From Promethearchaeota archaeon (lineage in GTDB: Archaea > Asgardarchaeota > Lokiarchaeia > Sigyniarchaeales > SOKP01), in contig RDOE01000027.1 of the NCBI GenBank assembly GCA_011364975.1, forward strand, positions 1 through 39,285: 39,285 nucleotides of DNA, in the 5' to 3' direction. This document shows positions 9,260 through 17,469 of the stretch, piece after piece; position 1 is the first letter of the stretch; each line of letters opens with the position of its first letter. Under the pieces are notes generated by a model. It was not told where the DNA came from, searched no databases, and saw only the letters and a program-made list of their open reading frames with translations. The position numbers and the translations under genes were made by a program.

Positions 9260-9841
9260 ATGGTAATACTGGAATATAACGGTAAGAGTCCCAAAATCGA
9301 TAATAATTGCTATGTATCACCGTTGGCTACATTAATAGGAGATGTTACTGTTCAAGAAAATGCTATTGTTTGGCCAGGAGCAATATTGAGAGGAGAAAAT
9401 TCCCCCATTATGATTGGAGAATATTCTACAATATTTAATGGTGTAATGATGTTTACCAGGTCACAAAAAAGTTCAATACATATAGGTAGGTATTGTATTA
9501 TAGAAACCGGTGTATCAATTTTAGGTTGTTTTATGGAAGATTATGTTCAAATAATGGAGGGGGCTCTTATTTATGAAGAAGTTTCAATCGGAGAAGGTTC
9601 TATTATATTAAATAATAGTCAAGTCCCTCCAGGATTTACAATCTCAGCGAGATCTGTATTAAAAGGAATACCAATTGAACCAATTAAAGAGCAAACACGG
9701 AATGATGTATTGAAACAAAAAGAGCGAGCAGAACACTATTCTCAATTGTTTATAAAAATAATTAATTATTTACCAAACGCTCAGAGTTACCTAATAACCC
9801 TACCAGACTTTTTAAAGTTATTGTTAAAACAAGATCAATAA
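9260..9841 (+). CDS. Gamma-carbonic anhydrase-like (hexapeptide repeat) protein lacking Zn ligands
   Basis: GKSPKID..YVSPLATLIGDVTV..VWPGAILRGE, left-handed beta-helix repeats, C-terminal AEHYSQL; His ligand positions substituted. Confidence 0.8.
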   Translation: MVILEYNGKSPKIDNNCYVSPLATLIGDVTVQENAIVWPGAILRGENSPIMIGEYSTIFNGVMMFTRSQKSSIHIGRYCIIETGVSILGCFMEDYVQIMEGALIYEEVSIGEGSIILNNSQVPPGFTISARSVLKGIPIEPIKEQTRNDVLKQKERAEHYSQLFIKIINYLPNAQSYLITLPDFLKLLLKQDQ

Positions 9842-9848
9842 AAAAAAA

Positions 9849-10736
9849 TTATATTTTTATATTTAATTTATTTGTTAATTCTTTATATCTTGAACGGAGG
9901 GTAACTTCTGTCACTCCAACTATTTGAGCTATATCTTTCTGGGAAATCCTTTTATCTTTTTTTTTACAAATTAAATAAAGCGCACCAGCACATAAACCCT
10001 TTGGATCCTTACCACTTGTCGAAAATCTTGATGTAAAAGAATTAAGGGTTTCTATTGTTGATTTTTCAACTTCAATATCTAGTTTTAATTCTGCAATATA
10101 TTTAGGAATTAGTGAAATGGGCTCTGTGGAGGGTACCTTTAAGTTTAATTCTCTCATAATGGTACGATAACATCTTCTTACGTTCTTAGCATCTATAGAT
10201 GATTCATCTAAAATCTCTTGAAGGGTTCGTGGCACTTTTCGTTCTCTACAAGCGAAGTAAAGGCAAGCTGCGACCATACCATTAATGGATCTACCCCTTA
10301 ATAACTTTTTTTTAAACGCCTGTATATATAACCTAATTGCTGCTTTCTTTACATGATCGGGTAAGTTTAAATTACTGGATATACGCTTTAATTCAGTAGT
10401 TGCAATGAGCATATTTCTTTTATCCCATGTTAAGCGTGAGTTCCATTTTGCGGCTCTTTTTAGATCTGGACTTTTAATATTTGCTTTATCCATAATAGTA
10501 CTTAAGCCCATATCAGGTAATAAAATGGAAATTGGTGATCCAGTCCCTTCTCTTTGCTCTTTTTCCTGTTTAGTGAATGCACGCTTCCCACTATGAGATA
10601 TGTCTAAAAATCTCTCACTTATAACTAATCCACATTGACTACAAACAATTTCTCCTTTTTCTTGAATTATTATCGTCTTACCATTACATTCTGGGCATGA
10701 ACTTGAAATATCTTTAATTTCTATATCTAAAACCAT
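9849..10736 (-). CDS. tfb: Transcription initiation factor IIB (TFB)
   Basis: Zn ribbon CPEC...GEIVCSQCGLV, cyclin repeats LLRGRS..AACLYFACR..PRTL and TSGKDPKGLCAGALY, GVTEVTLRSRYKEL. Confidence 0.96.
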   Translation of the reverse strand: MVLDIEIKDISSSCPECNGKTIIIQEKGEIVCSQCGLVISERFLDISHSGKRAFTKQEKEQREGTGSPISILLPDMGLSTIMDKANIKSPDLKRAAKWNSRLTWDKRNMLIATTELKRISSNLNLPDHVKKAAIRLYIQAFKKKLLRGRSINGMVAACLYFACRERKVPRTLQEILDESSIDAKNVRRCYRTIMRELNLKVPSTEPISLIPKYIAELKLDIEVEKSTIETLNSFTSRFSTSGKDPKGLCAGALYLICKKKDKRISQKDIAQIVGVTEVTLRSRYKELTNKLNIKI

Positions 10737-11267
10737 AATAAAAACCTAATTTTATTAAAATTATTATATATTATTATAAAACCTACTACTTTTTCCCCGT
10801 GTATTTCAAAGAAAGTAAGTTTCTATTAAAAACTTTAATTATTTGTGACTGAAACTGTAATCTTCTTTTAATGCAAACTAGTTACATATAAACTAAATAT
10901 ATAAATCTTTTGATTGAAATATTTATTTGACCTGATTTTTCACATCTCCAAAGGCATATTAGTTTTAAATCCAACAATTAGATTAAAAACGCCATGAAAT
11001 TGAAAGTTTGATAAAAATTTACGATAAAGCTTATATCTATTCAAGAAATAAGAATTAGAAATCATAAATTGAATAATTCTTATTGGAGATATAAACGCTA
11101 TGAGTAAATAATATTATTTTTCATGTGGATTTAGATGATATTGATAATTAATTATTTGATTTATCATGTACGAATTGGTATCCTTGAAACAGAAAAAGTT
11201 GGAAATAAAATGATAAAGTTTGTTTCATATAAAAATGAACTTAATTCCTTGAATCCCTTAAACAATC

Positions 11268-11699
11268 TCAAAGAATTTTTTCACATTCTTCATTGACTAT
11301 TTTTATAGTACTATTAAAATCTTGCCACCAATCTTGACCTTGTTGAGCAACTAACATCGCATCCCTTTTATTGGTATCTAAGCACCTAATCTCATCTTTT
11401 TGAGCCTTAACCTTCTCTTTCCATATCTGACTAAATATGTTTTGTAGATTTACCTTAACTTTCTTTAATAATTCTTCATAAGTCACCGACACGTCTTCTT
11501 TTTTCTGTAATTTTTGGAGTTGGTCAAACTTCACTTTCTCTTTAGCTCGATTTAAATCACCACAATTAATTTTAACGGAAAAAGGATTTTCTTTTCCATA
11601 TTTACAATACTTTTGAATTTCACATGTAGAGCAATAACTTTCAAAACTAATCAAATAATCTTCCAATCCAATTATTGAATAATTTAAAACTTCAGGCAT
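11268..11699 (-). CDS. Hypothetical protein with a Cys cluster (CxxC-x5-C)
   Basis: 143-aa ORF with protein-like composition and YCSTCEIQKYC; no family recognised. Confidence 0.7.
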   Translation of the reverse strand: MPEVLNYSIIGLEDYLISFESYCSTCEIQKYCKYGKENPFSVKINCGDLNRAKEKVKFDQLQKLQKKEDVSVTYEELLKKVKVNLQNIFSQIWKEKVKAQKDEIRCLDTNKRDAMLVAQQGQDWWQDFNSTIKIVNEECEKIL

Positions 11700-11933
11700 A
11701 TAAATTTTCTAATTAAACCTTTATAAAAAGGATCCTCCTTTATTTATAATGAACTTTAAATTAGAATCTTTTCGTTATTTAGATATTAATATTGCTTATC
11801 TTATAATAAACGAAAAATTAGAAAAGCGTTTTTATATCAGATTTTAAAGATTAAATCTTATTTCAAAAAATTTTTTAATCATTTATTATTAAAATATTAA
11901 ACGTAAAGTGTTTTAAGAATGGGAATGACGCTT

Positions 11934-12037
11934 GGGAGAGCAAATTCCTCATTACGAGGTATCTCTCCAATGGCTTAGCCTGGTATAGCGCACGGCTGAT
12001 AACCGTGAGGTCGGGGGTTCGAAGCCCCCCTTTCCCA
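11934..12037 (+). tRNA. tRNA-Ile(GAU) with a 30-nt intron (11941-11970) between nucleotides 7 and 8
   Basis: Exon 1 GGGAGAG pairs with CTTTCCC (12030-12036), discriminator A. D arm GCTT-AGCCTGGTA-TAGC; anticodon arm CACGG-CTGATAA-CCGTG (GAT 11998-12000); T arm GGGGG-TTCGAAG-CCCCC. Confidence 0.85.
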
Positions 12038-12162
12038 TAATATTCCATAACTTAATATTCAAATTTTTACTAATTTTGAGATAGATATTATTTTTACCAA
12101 AAATATAAAAATTTCAGATTTAGAAAATAACAAATCACTCCAATAATTTTTTAATTTATTAA

Positions 12163-12756
12163 ATGAAAACTATAATTATCTCGGGAACTCCTGGAACTGG
12201 AAAAACTAGTGTTTCAAAATTAATTTTAAAAGCATTAAATGCCAAACTAATAACACTTAATGAACTAGTCATCAAAGAAGGGTTAATTCTCGGTTATGAT
12301 GAAATAAGAGAGACTTCAATTATCAATAAGAGAAAAATACTTAGGCGAATCAAAAGTTTAATTAGCCAATATAAAAAAGATACTATAAAATATCTCATAA
12401 TTGAAAGCCATTTTTCTGATATAATTCCAAATAGATATATAGATTATGCAATAGTATTAAGATGTGACCCCGATGAATTATTTAAGAGGTTAGAAAAAAG
12501 AGGCTATAGAAAGGAAAAAATAATAGAAAATGTTCAGTCTGAAATTTTAGGTAACTGCGCAAACTATATTATTAACAAAGGATTAAAAAAGCCAGTTTTG
12601 GAAATTGACACATCATGTAAAAAAGTTGAAGATATTGCTAAAATCGTTGTAGATTTGATTGTTTTAAGAATTGATAGTAGAGGATATGAGATAGGAAAAA
12701 TTGATTGGCTCGAGAAACTATATTATAAAAATCGGTTAAAAGAATATTTTGATTAG
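12163..12756 (+). CDS. Adenylate kinase AK6/Fap7 family
   Basis: IIISGTPGTGKT P-loop, IIESH motif, VLRCDP..L..RL..RGY..KIIENVQSE. Confidence 0.92.
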   Translation: MKTIIISGTPGTGKTSVSKLILKALNAKLITLNELVIKEGLILGYDEIRETSIINKRKILRRIKSLISQYKKDTIKYLIIESHFSDIIPNRYIDYAIVLRCDPDELFKRLEKRGYRKEKIIENVQSEILGNCANYIINKGLKKPVLEIDTSCKKVEDIAKIVVDLIVLRIDSRGYEIGKIDWLEKLYYKNRLKEYFD

Positions 12757-12780
12757 ATAAATTATCAATGTGATGATTAG

Positions 12781-14427
12781 ATGATTTTTGAGTTATCTGA
12801 TGTTGATGCGTTAGGGCGAATTGGTTATATTAAGATAAATAATAAGGAAATTATAACCCCCAATCTCTTTCCAGTCATACATCCTTCTAAAAATGTTGTA
12901 ACCACAAACGAGTTAAAGAGTATCGGTGCCCAAGGAGTTTTTACTAATGCTTATATCATATATAATAATGAAAGTATAAGAACAGAGGTTTTAAGAAAAG
13001 GAATTCATAAATTTTTAAACTATGATGGGGTAGTTGCCACCGATAGTGGCGCTTTTCAGCAATATATGTATAATGATAATAGCATTAATATTAATGCCGA
13101 AACAATTGAAAAATTCCAAGAGGCTATCGGATCTGATTTTCCGGTAATTTTGGATGTCCCTCTGCAATTAAATGATCCCTATGAGGTTGCGCGTGTTAAA
13201 TTAAATAATACGCTCAATAGAGCTAAAGAAAATGTTCTACGAAGAACTAGACCCGAATCAAATTGGTTTGGTCCAATTCATGGTGGTAAGTATTCAGATC
13301 TTTTAGAGGAATGTTGTCGAGAGATGAATAAAATGAATTTTGCTGTTTATGCAATCGGTGGTTTAGTTAAAGCATTTATGGATTATCGGTTTGATTTAAC
13401 AACCAAGATATTAATAACAGCGAAGAAAATATTAAATCCTAATAAACCGATCCATATGTTTGGATTAGGATTACCACAATATTTTGCTCTAGCAATCGCA
13501 TGTGGATGTGATTTAATGGATTCCGCGGCGTATATCTTATATGCAAAAGAAGATCGATACTTTACTTTATCTTCTGGAACAAAAAATCTTCAGGAATTAG
13601 AGGAATTTCCTTGCCATTGCCCAGTGTGTACTGCTTATACTCCTAAAGAATTAAGAGAAAGCAAGGAAAATGTAAAGATCAATTTACTTTCAAAGCATAA
13701 TTTGTATATCTCTTTTTCAGAATTAAGGACCATAAGACAAGCGATAAGGGAAGGAAATTTGTGGGAATTATTAGAGCTACGTATTAGAAATCACCCTAAA
13801 TTAGTAAAGGCTTTTCAAAATTTAAAAAAAAACATTTCCTTTATAGAAATTTTTGAAAAAACATACAAGAATCATGGCAGACTTTATTCTAGTACTGAAA
13901 GTATTTTAAGACCTGATTTTTATAGATATAGAAAAAAGTTAATTAATTATTATCGCCCACCTAAACATGTTAAATTAATGATTATATTACCAGAATTAGA
14001 TATTAAAGGAGAAAAATCTCCGAGTGTCAATAGTTGGATTACTAAAATTAACAATGAGGTGTCTCTTCATCGAGGTGAACTTCATATTTATTACTTTTCA
14101 GCTATCTATGGTATTATCCCAGAAGAATTAGTTGATTCATTTCCGTTAGGTCAATATGAAACAATATATCCCTTAACTCCGGTTAATTCAATTTATAATA
14201 ATGCTTTAAGAACTACTGAAGCATTTTTAGTAAAATCTTTAAAAAATTACGAAAGATGCTATACTTTAATCCCTAAAACCTTTTATAATGAATTTAATGA
14301 TGAATGTCATTTTCCTAAAATCCATCCAATCAATAAGCTAATTAACATTTTTAATAAAATTAAGCTGTCAGAGTTTGCAGTTTTTGATAATATTGATGAT
14401 TTGATTAAAGATCTTAAACTCCTCTAA
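12781..14427 (+). CDS. tgtA: tRNA-guanine(15) transglycosylase (ArcTGT, archaeosine pathway)
   Basis: TPNLFPVI, TNAYII, TDSGAFQ, ILDVP, HMFGLG, GCDLMDSAAY, Zn site CHCPVC...HNL, IRQAIREGNLWEL. Confidence 0.95.
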   Translation: MIFELSDVDALGRIGYIKINNKEIITPNLFPVIHPSKNVVTTNELKSIGAQGVFTNAYIIYNNESIRTEVLRKGIHKFLNYDGVVATDSGAFQQYMYNDNSININAETIEKFQEAIGSDFPVILDVPLQLNDPYEVARVKLNNTLNRAKENVLRRTRPESNWFGPIHGGKYSDLLEECCREMNKMNFAVYAIGGLVKAFMDYRFDLTTKILITAKKILNPNKPIHMFGLGLPQYFALAIACGCDLMDSAAYILYAKEDRYFTLSSGTKNLQELEEFPCHCPVCTAYTPKELRESKENVKINLLSKHNLYISFSELRTIRQAIREGNLWELLELRIRNHPKLVKAFQNLKKNISFIEIFEKTYKNHGRLYSSTESILRPDFYRYRKKLINYYRPPKHVKLMIILPELDIKGEKSPSVNSWITKINNEVSLHRGELHIYYFSAIYGIIPEELVDSFPLGQYETIYPLTPVNSIYNNALRTTEAFLVKSLKNYERCYTLIPKTFYNEFNDECHFPKIHPINKLINIFNKIKLSEFAVFDNIDDLIKDLKLL

Positions 14428-14431
14428 TAAA

Positions 14432-14878
14432 ATGAACGTTTTAGATACTATCACTGCTTATGGAAACCCATTGGTAAGATGTATCCACAAGACAACAATA
14501 GAATTAACAAAGGATAATTTTTTGACAGAAAAAGGAACTTGTATTCTAGGGATAAATGCTTCCAAAGCTTGCTCAGATCTTAATAAATCATTAAAGGAAA
14601 AAATAAAACTCGGGGTAGCAATAAAAATCACTCTTAAAGCTGACGACGTGAAAGAAACTTTTATCGGATATGGAAATAAAAGATTAACATTAAAAAGTAA
14701 AAAAGATATTGTTTTTAGAAAAAGTAATTACATCTGTGATAGAACGGTCCTGATAAATTGTACCAAAGCGTCACGTGATCTCAATAGAGCATTAATTGAA
14801 AAATTATTTGACCATAACAAAAAACTAATCGTGATTTTCCAAGAACTAAAAGACGTTGGAAGAACAAATGAGAGATAA
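14432..14878 (+). CDS. DUF371 family protein
   Basis: AYGNP.V...HKTTIELTKD..LT.KGTCILGINASK, DIVFRKSNYICDRT. Confidence 0.9.
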   Translation: MNVLDTITAYGNPLVRCIHKTTIELTKDNFLTEKGTCILGINASKACSDLNKSLKEKIKLGVAIKITLKADDVKETFIGYGNKRLTLKSKKDIVFRKSNYICDRTVLINCTKASRDLNRALIEKLFDHNKKLIVIFQELKDVGRTNER

Positions 14879-16019
14879 ATCGAGTTATATAAAAATCGAA
14901 AAAATTTGGGCTCATAAACTACTCCAAGTTTTAAAGAAAGAATTTCGAAATAAGATTGAATTAGATAGAAAAAGAAAAGTATTATATGAAAATAATTATG
15001 TTTTATTTCCAATTCATCATAATGCATTAAAAAATAAACAGTTTAAACAAATTTTAAATAAACAATTTGAATGGCAGGTCGTACTTAGGAAATCTGTCCT
15101 AAGTATTCAAAGTAAGACCAGATCTTTAAATAATACTTTTTCTACTGAATTACCTAAAAAACTCAAGAAATTGGTCCCTCGGTCTTATGACATTATCGGA
15201 GATATTGCGATATTGGAATTTGAACAAAGTGATGCCCTCTCTAAGGAAAAATATGATAAATTAAAAAAACAAATAGCTGAAAAATTAATGAATATAAATA
15301 AAACAATAATTAAAGTATTCGAAAAAAAAAGTGAGGTTAAAGGGCTTTATCGCTTAAGAGATCTTAAAATTTTATCTGGTGAAGACAATTCCGAAACCAT
15401 TCATAAGGAAAATAAATGCCAATTTAAATTGGATATAAAAAAAGTGTATTTCTCCCCACGACTAGTCCTTGAAAGAAAAAGAATTTCTATGTTGGATTAT
15501 AAAGAAGGTGAGAAAATCATTGACTTATTCGCAGGTGTTGGTCCATTTTCTATTCAAATTGCTAAGCATCATAATGTTGTTGTTAACGCTTTCGATGTTA
15601 ATCCTGATGCTTTTTATTACTTATTAGAAAATCTTGAAATGAATAAAATTAAGGGAAAAATCAGCGCTTATTTGCTTAATGTTTTAGACCTCCTGAATCC
15701 TTTAAATGAAATAGGATTAACTCTTAAAAGTAAAGCGGAAAGGATTATAATGAATTTACCTGAAAATGCTTTAGATTACATTAGAGTTGCATGTTTTTTA
15801 ATGCAAGATTCGGGTGGTATCATTCATATTTACCAATTTTCTGAGAAACCTAACTCCATTAAAAAAAGTATCCAAAAAGTAGATTTAGAATTAACTAAGA
15901 ATGGATGGCTAATTGAGAAAGTAATAAATGCAAAAGTGGTTAAACCCTTTTCTCCAAAAGCAGATTTAACAATACTCGATTTAAAAATAAAGAAAATGCA
16001 GAACTTAATTGCTTTTTAG
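14868..16019 (+). CDS. trm5: tRNA (guanine37-N1)-methyltransferase Trm5 family
   Basis: SYDIIGDIAI, YRLR, TIHKEN, VYFSPRL..ER.RI, DLFAGVGPF, IIMNLP. ATG at 14868 is preferred over TTG at 14856. Confidence 0.88.
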   Translation: MRDKSSYIKIEKIWAHKLLQVLKKEFRNKIELDRKRKVLYENNYVLFPIHHNALKNKQFKQILNKQFEWQVVLRKSVLSIQSKTRSLNNTFSTELPKKLKKLVPRSYDIIGDIAILEFEQSDALSKEKYDKLKKQIAEKLMNINKTIIKVFEKKSEVKGLYRLRDLKILSGEDNSETIHKENKCQFKLDIKKVYFSPRLVLERKRISMLDYKEGEKIIDLFAGVGPFSIQIAKHHNVVVNAFDVNPDAFYYLLENLEMNKIKGKISAYLLNVLDLLNPLNEIGLTLKSKAERIIMNLPENALDYIRVACFLMQDSGGIIHIYQFSEKPNSIKKSIQKVDLELTKNGWLIEKVINAKVVKPFSPKADLTILDLKIKKMQNLIAF

Positions 16020-16108
16020 TATTAAAGAACATCCTGCTTAAGATTTTATCCTTTTAATCACCTGATAAAGAGAAGAATATTGAACCAAACATTTAATCTA
16101 TATGAAAA

Positions 16109-16183
16109 TGGATCTGGCAGGATTTGAACCTGCGATCTTCGGATTAGAAGTCCGACGCCATATCCATGCTTGGCTACAGATCC
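16109..16183 (-). tRNA. tRNA-Arg(UCU), intronless
   Basis: Reverse complement GGATCTG TA GCCA AGCATGGATA TGGC G TCGGA CTTCTAA TCCGA AGATC GCAGG TTCAAAT CCTGC CAGATCC A folds as a complete cloverleaf. Confidence 0.97.
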
Positions 16184-16356
16184 ATCTTTAGGATGAGTAA
16201 TAATAAGAATTTACATTTTCTAAAAAATTTTTGCTTAATTGCCAAAAAATGACCACAAATTAATAATTCGTTAATACCATTTTTTTTTAATTTTATCTTC
16301 TTATAATTTATTGTATTTAGAAAAAATCTAGTATCTTTCTAAATTCAATTTATCGT

Positions 16357-17112
16357 TTGAGAGGTAAAGCAGTGCTAAAAAAAAAGATTTTCATCCATCA
16401 AAACATACCTTATGCGTTTAATTGGAACATAAGTCACCATAAAGCTAAACTCTCTCAATTAAGCCTCCGAAGGGAGCAATTTCTAAAACTTGGCACGTAT
16501 TTTAAAAGAATTTATCAAGGACAAATACCAAATAATCTTTTTAACACTAGAGAATATCATAGGATCTCACAATTTAAGATAAAAGGAATGAAACTTAGTT
16601 TTCTTTCAAGTTTTGGTAAAAAATTAATTCGAGAAGAAAAAATTATATATTTAGATTCAACATCAGCTTTACCTAGATACGCCCAAACTGTTTTTCAAAG
16701 TTTCAAGAATAGTGAAATTGGAAGATTGCCTGGGCACGATCCTATCCTTAAATATATTTTAATTAAGGATAAAAATTCCTTAGCAATTGAAATTCCAATT
16801 TGGAAGAAGTTTTATAATACCTACCTGACAGGACATATTGATCTTATCCAAATTCAAGATAATATAATTAAAGTAATTGATTATAAACCCGAAGGGAATT
16901 TCATTTATTCTTTACCTCAAGTTGCCACTTATGGCCTTTTAGTGAAATCTAAATTTAATTTAGATGAAGTCAAATGTATTTCATTTAATAAAAAAGAAGC
17001 ATGGGAATTTGATCCTTCAATTCTTTTAAATGAAGTGAGAGAATATTTATTAGCTCAAGGAAATCATGAAAGAATCTGGGAAAATTATATCAATCGTAAT
17101 TATTCTACTTAA
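16357..17112 (+). CDS. PD-(D/E)xK (RecB-like) nuclease domain protein
   Basis: AIEIPIW...LTGHIDLI...VIDYKP...QVATYG motifs; no Cas4-type Cys cluster; start position uncertain (TTG). Confidence 0.8.
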   Translation: MRGKAVLKKKIFIHQNIPYAFNWNISHHKAKLSQLSLRREQFLKLGTYFKRIYQGQIPNNLFNTREYHRISQFKIKGMKLSFLSSFGKKLIREEKIIYLDSTSALPRYAQTVFQSFKNSEIGRLPGHDPILKYILIKDKNSLAIEIPIWKKFYNTYLTGHIDLIQIQDNIIKVIDYKPEGNFIYSLPQVATYGLLVKSKFNLDEVKCISFNKKEAWEFDPSILLNEVREYLLAQGNHERIWENYINRNYST

Positions 17113-17371
17113 AGCTTTTCTTATTTGAGTTATCTTCTTTTTTCTCTTCTTTTGTAATAATATGCTTTTTTAGGATGAAAAAGCTTAAGACTAAAGCTAT
17201 GATCTCAACAAAAATACCCACAAATGAGATGATAGTTCCATTTAAGTCCAAAAATCTTAAATATATAGCACATAATAATCCCGAAGATGCAAGTAAAAAA
17301 ACAATTACTCCGTTAACTATCTGAGAAAATGAATCCTTAATATAACCGAGCTCTTTTTTAATCCACGACAT
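17105..17371 (-). CDS. Small membrane protein (2 TM)
   Basis: Two hydrophobic stretches and a charged C-terminal tail; same strand as the two large upstream ORFs. Confidence 0.75.
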   Translation of the reverse strand: MSWIKKELGYIKDSFSQIVNGVIVFLLASSGLLCAIYLRFLDLNGTIISFVGIFVEIIALVLSFFILKKHIITKEEKKEDNSNKKSFK

Positions 17372-17469
17372 AATTTATAGCATTAAAAATAATGAAATTT
17401 GATTTTAAGTATTGTAAATTAAAAAAAACACAATAATTTTAATAGTTTTGTGATTGAAAAGTTTGGAAT

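Noticed and set aside
10920-11260. Long AT-rich spacer between tfb and the Cys-cluster gene, examined for an ncRNA, small ORF or replication origin
   Set aside because: No convincing C/D boxes, GC-rich stem, ORB-like repeats or ORF found by eye.
11921-11927. Alternative tRNA-Ile 5' exon GGGAATG (would imply a 43-nt intron)
   Set aside because: It gives a U-U mismatch in the acceptor stem and an A-C mismatch in the central splice helix, whereas GGGAGAG at 11934 satisfies both.
16021-17112. Integrated element at tRNA-Arg carrying the nuclease
   Set aside because: No integrase and no duplicated tRNA end (att site) seen, and the nuclease lies on the 5' side of the tRNA.
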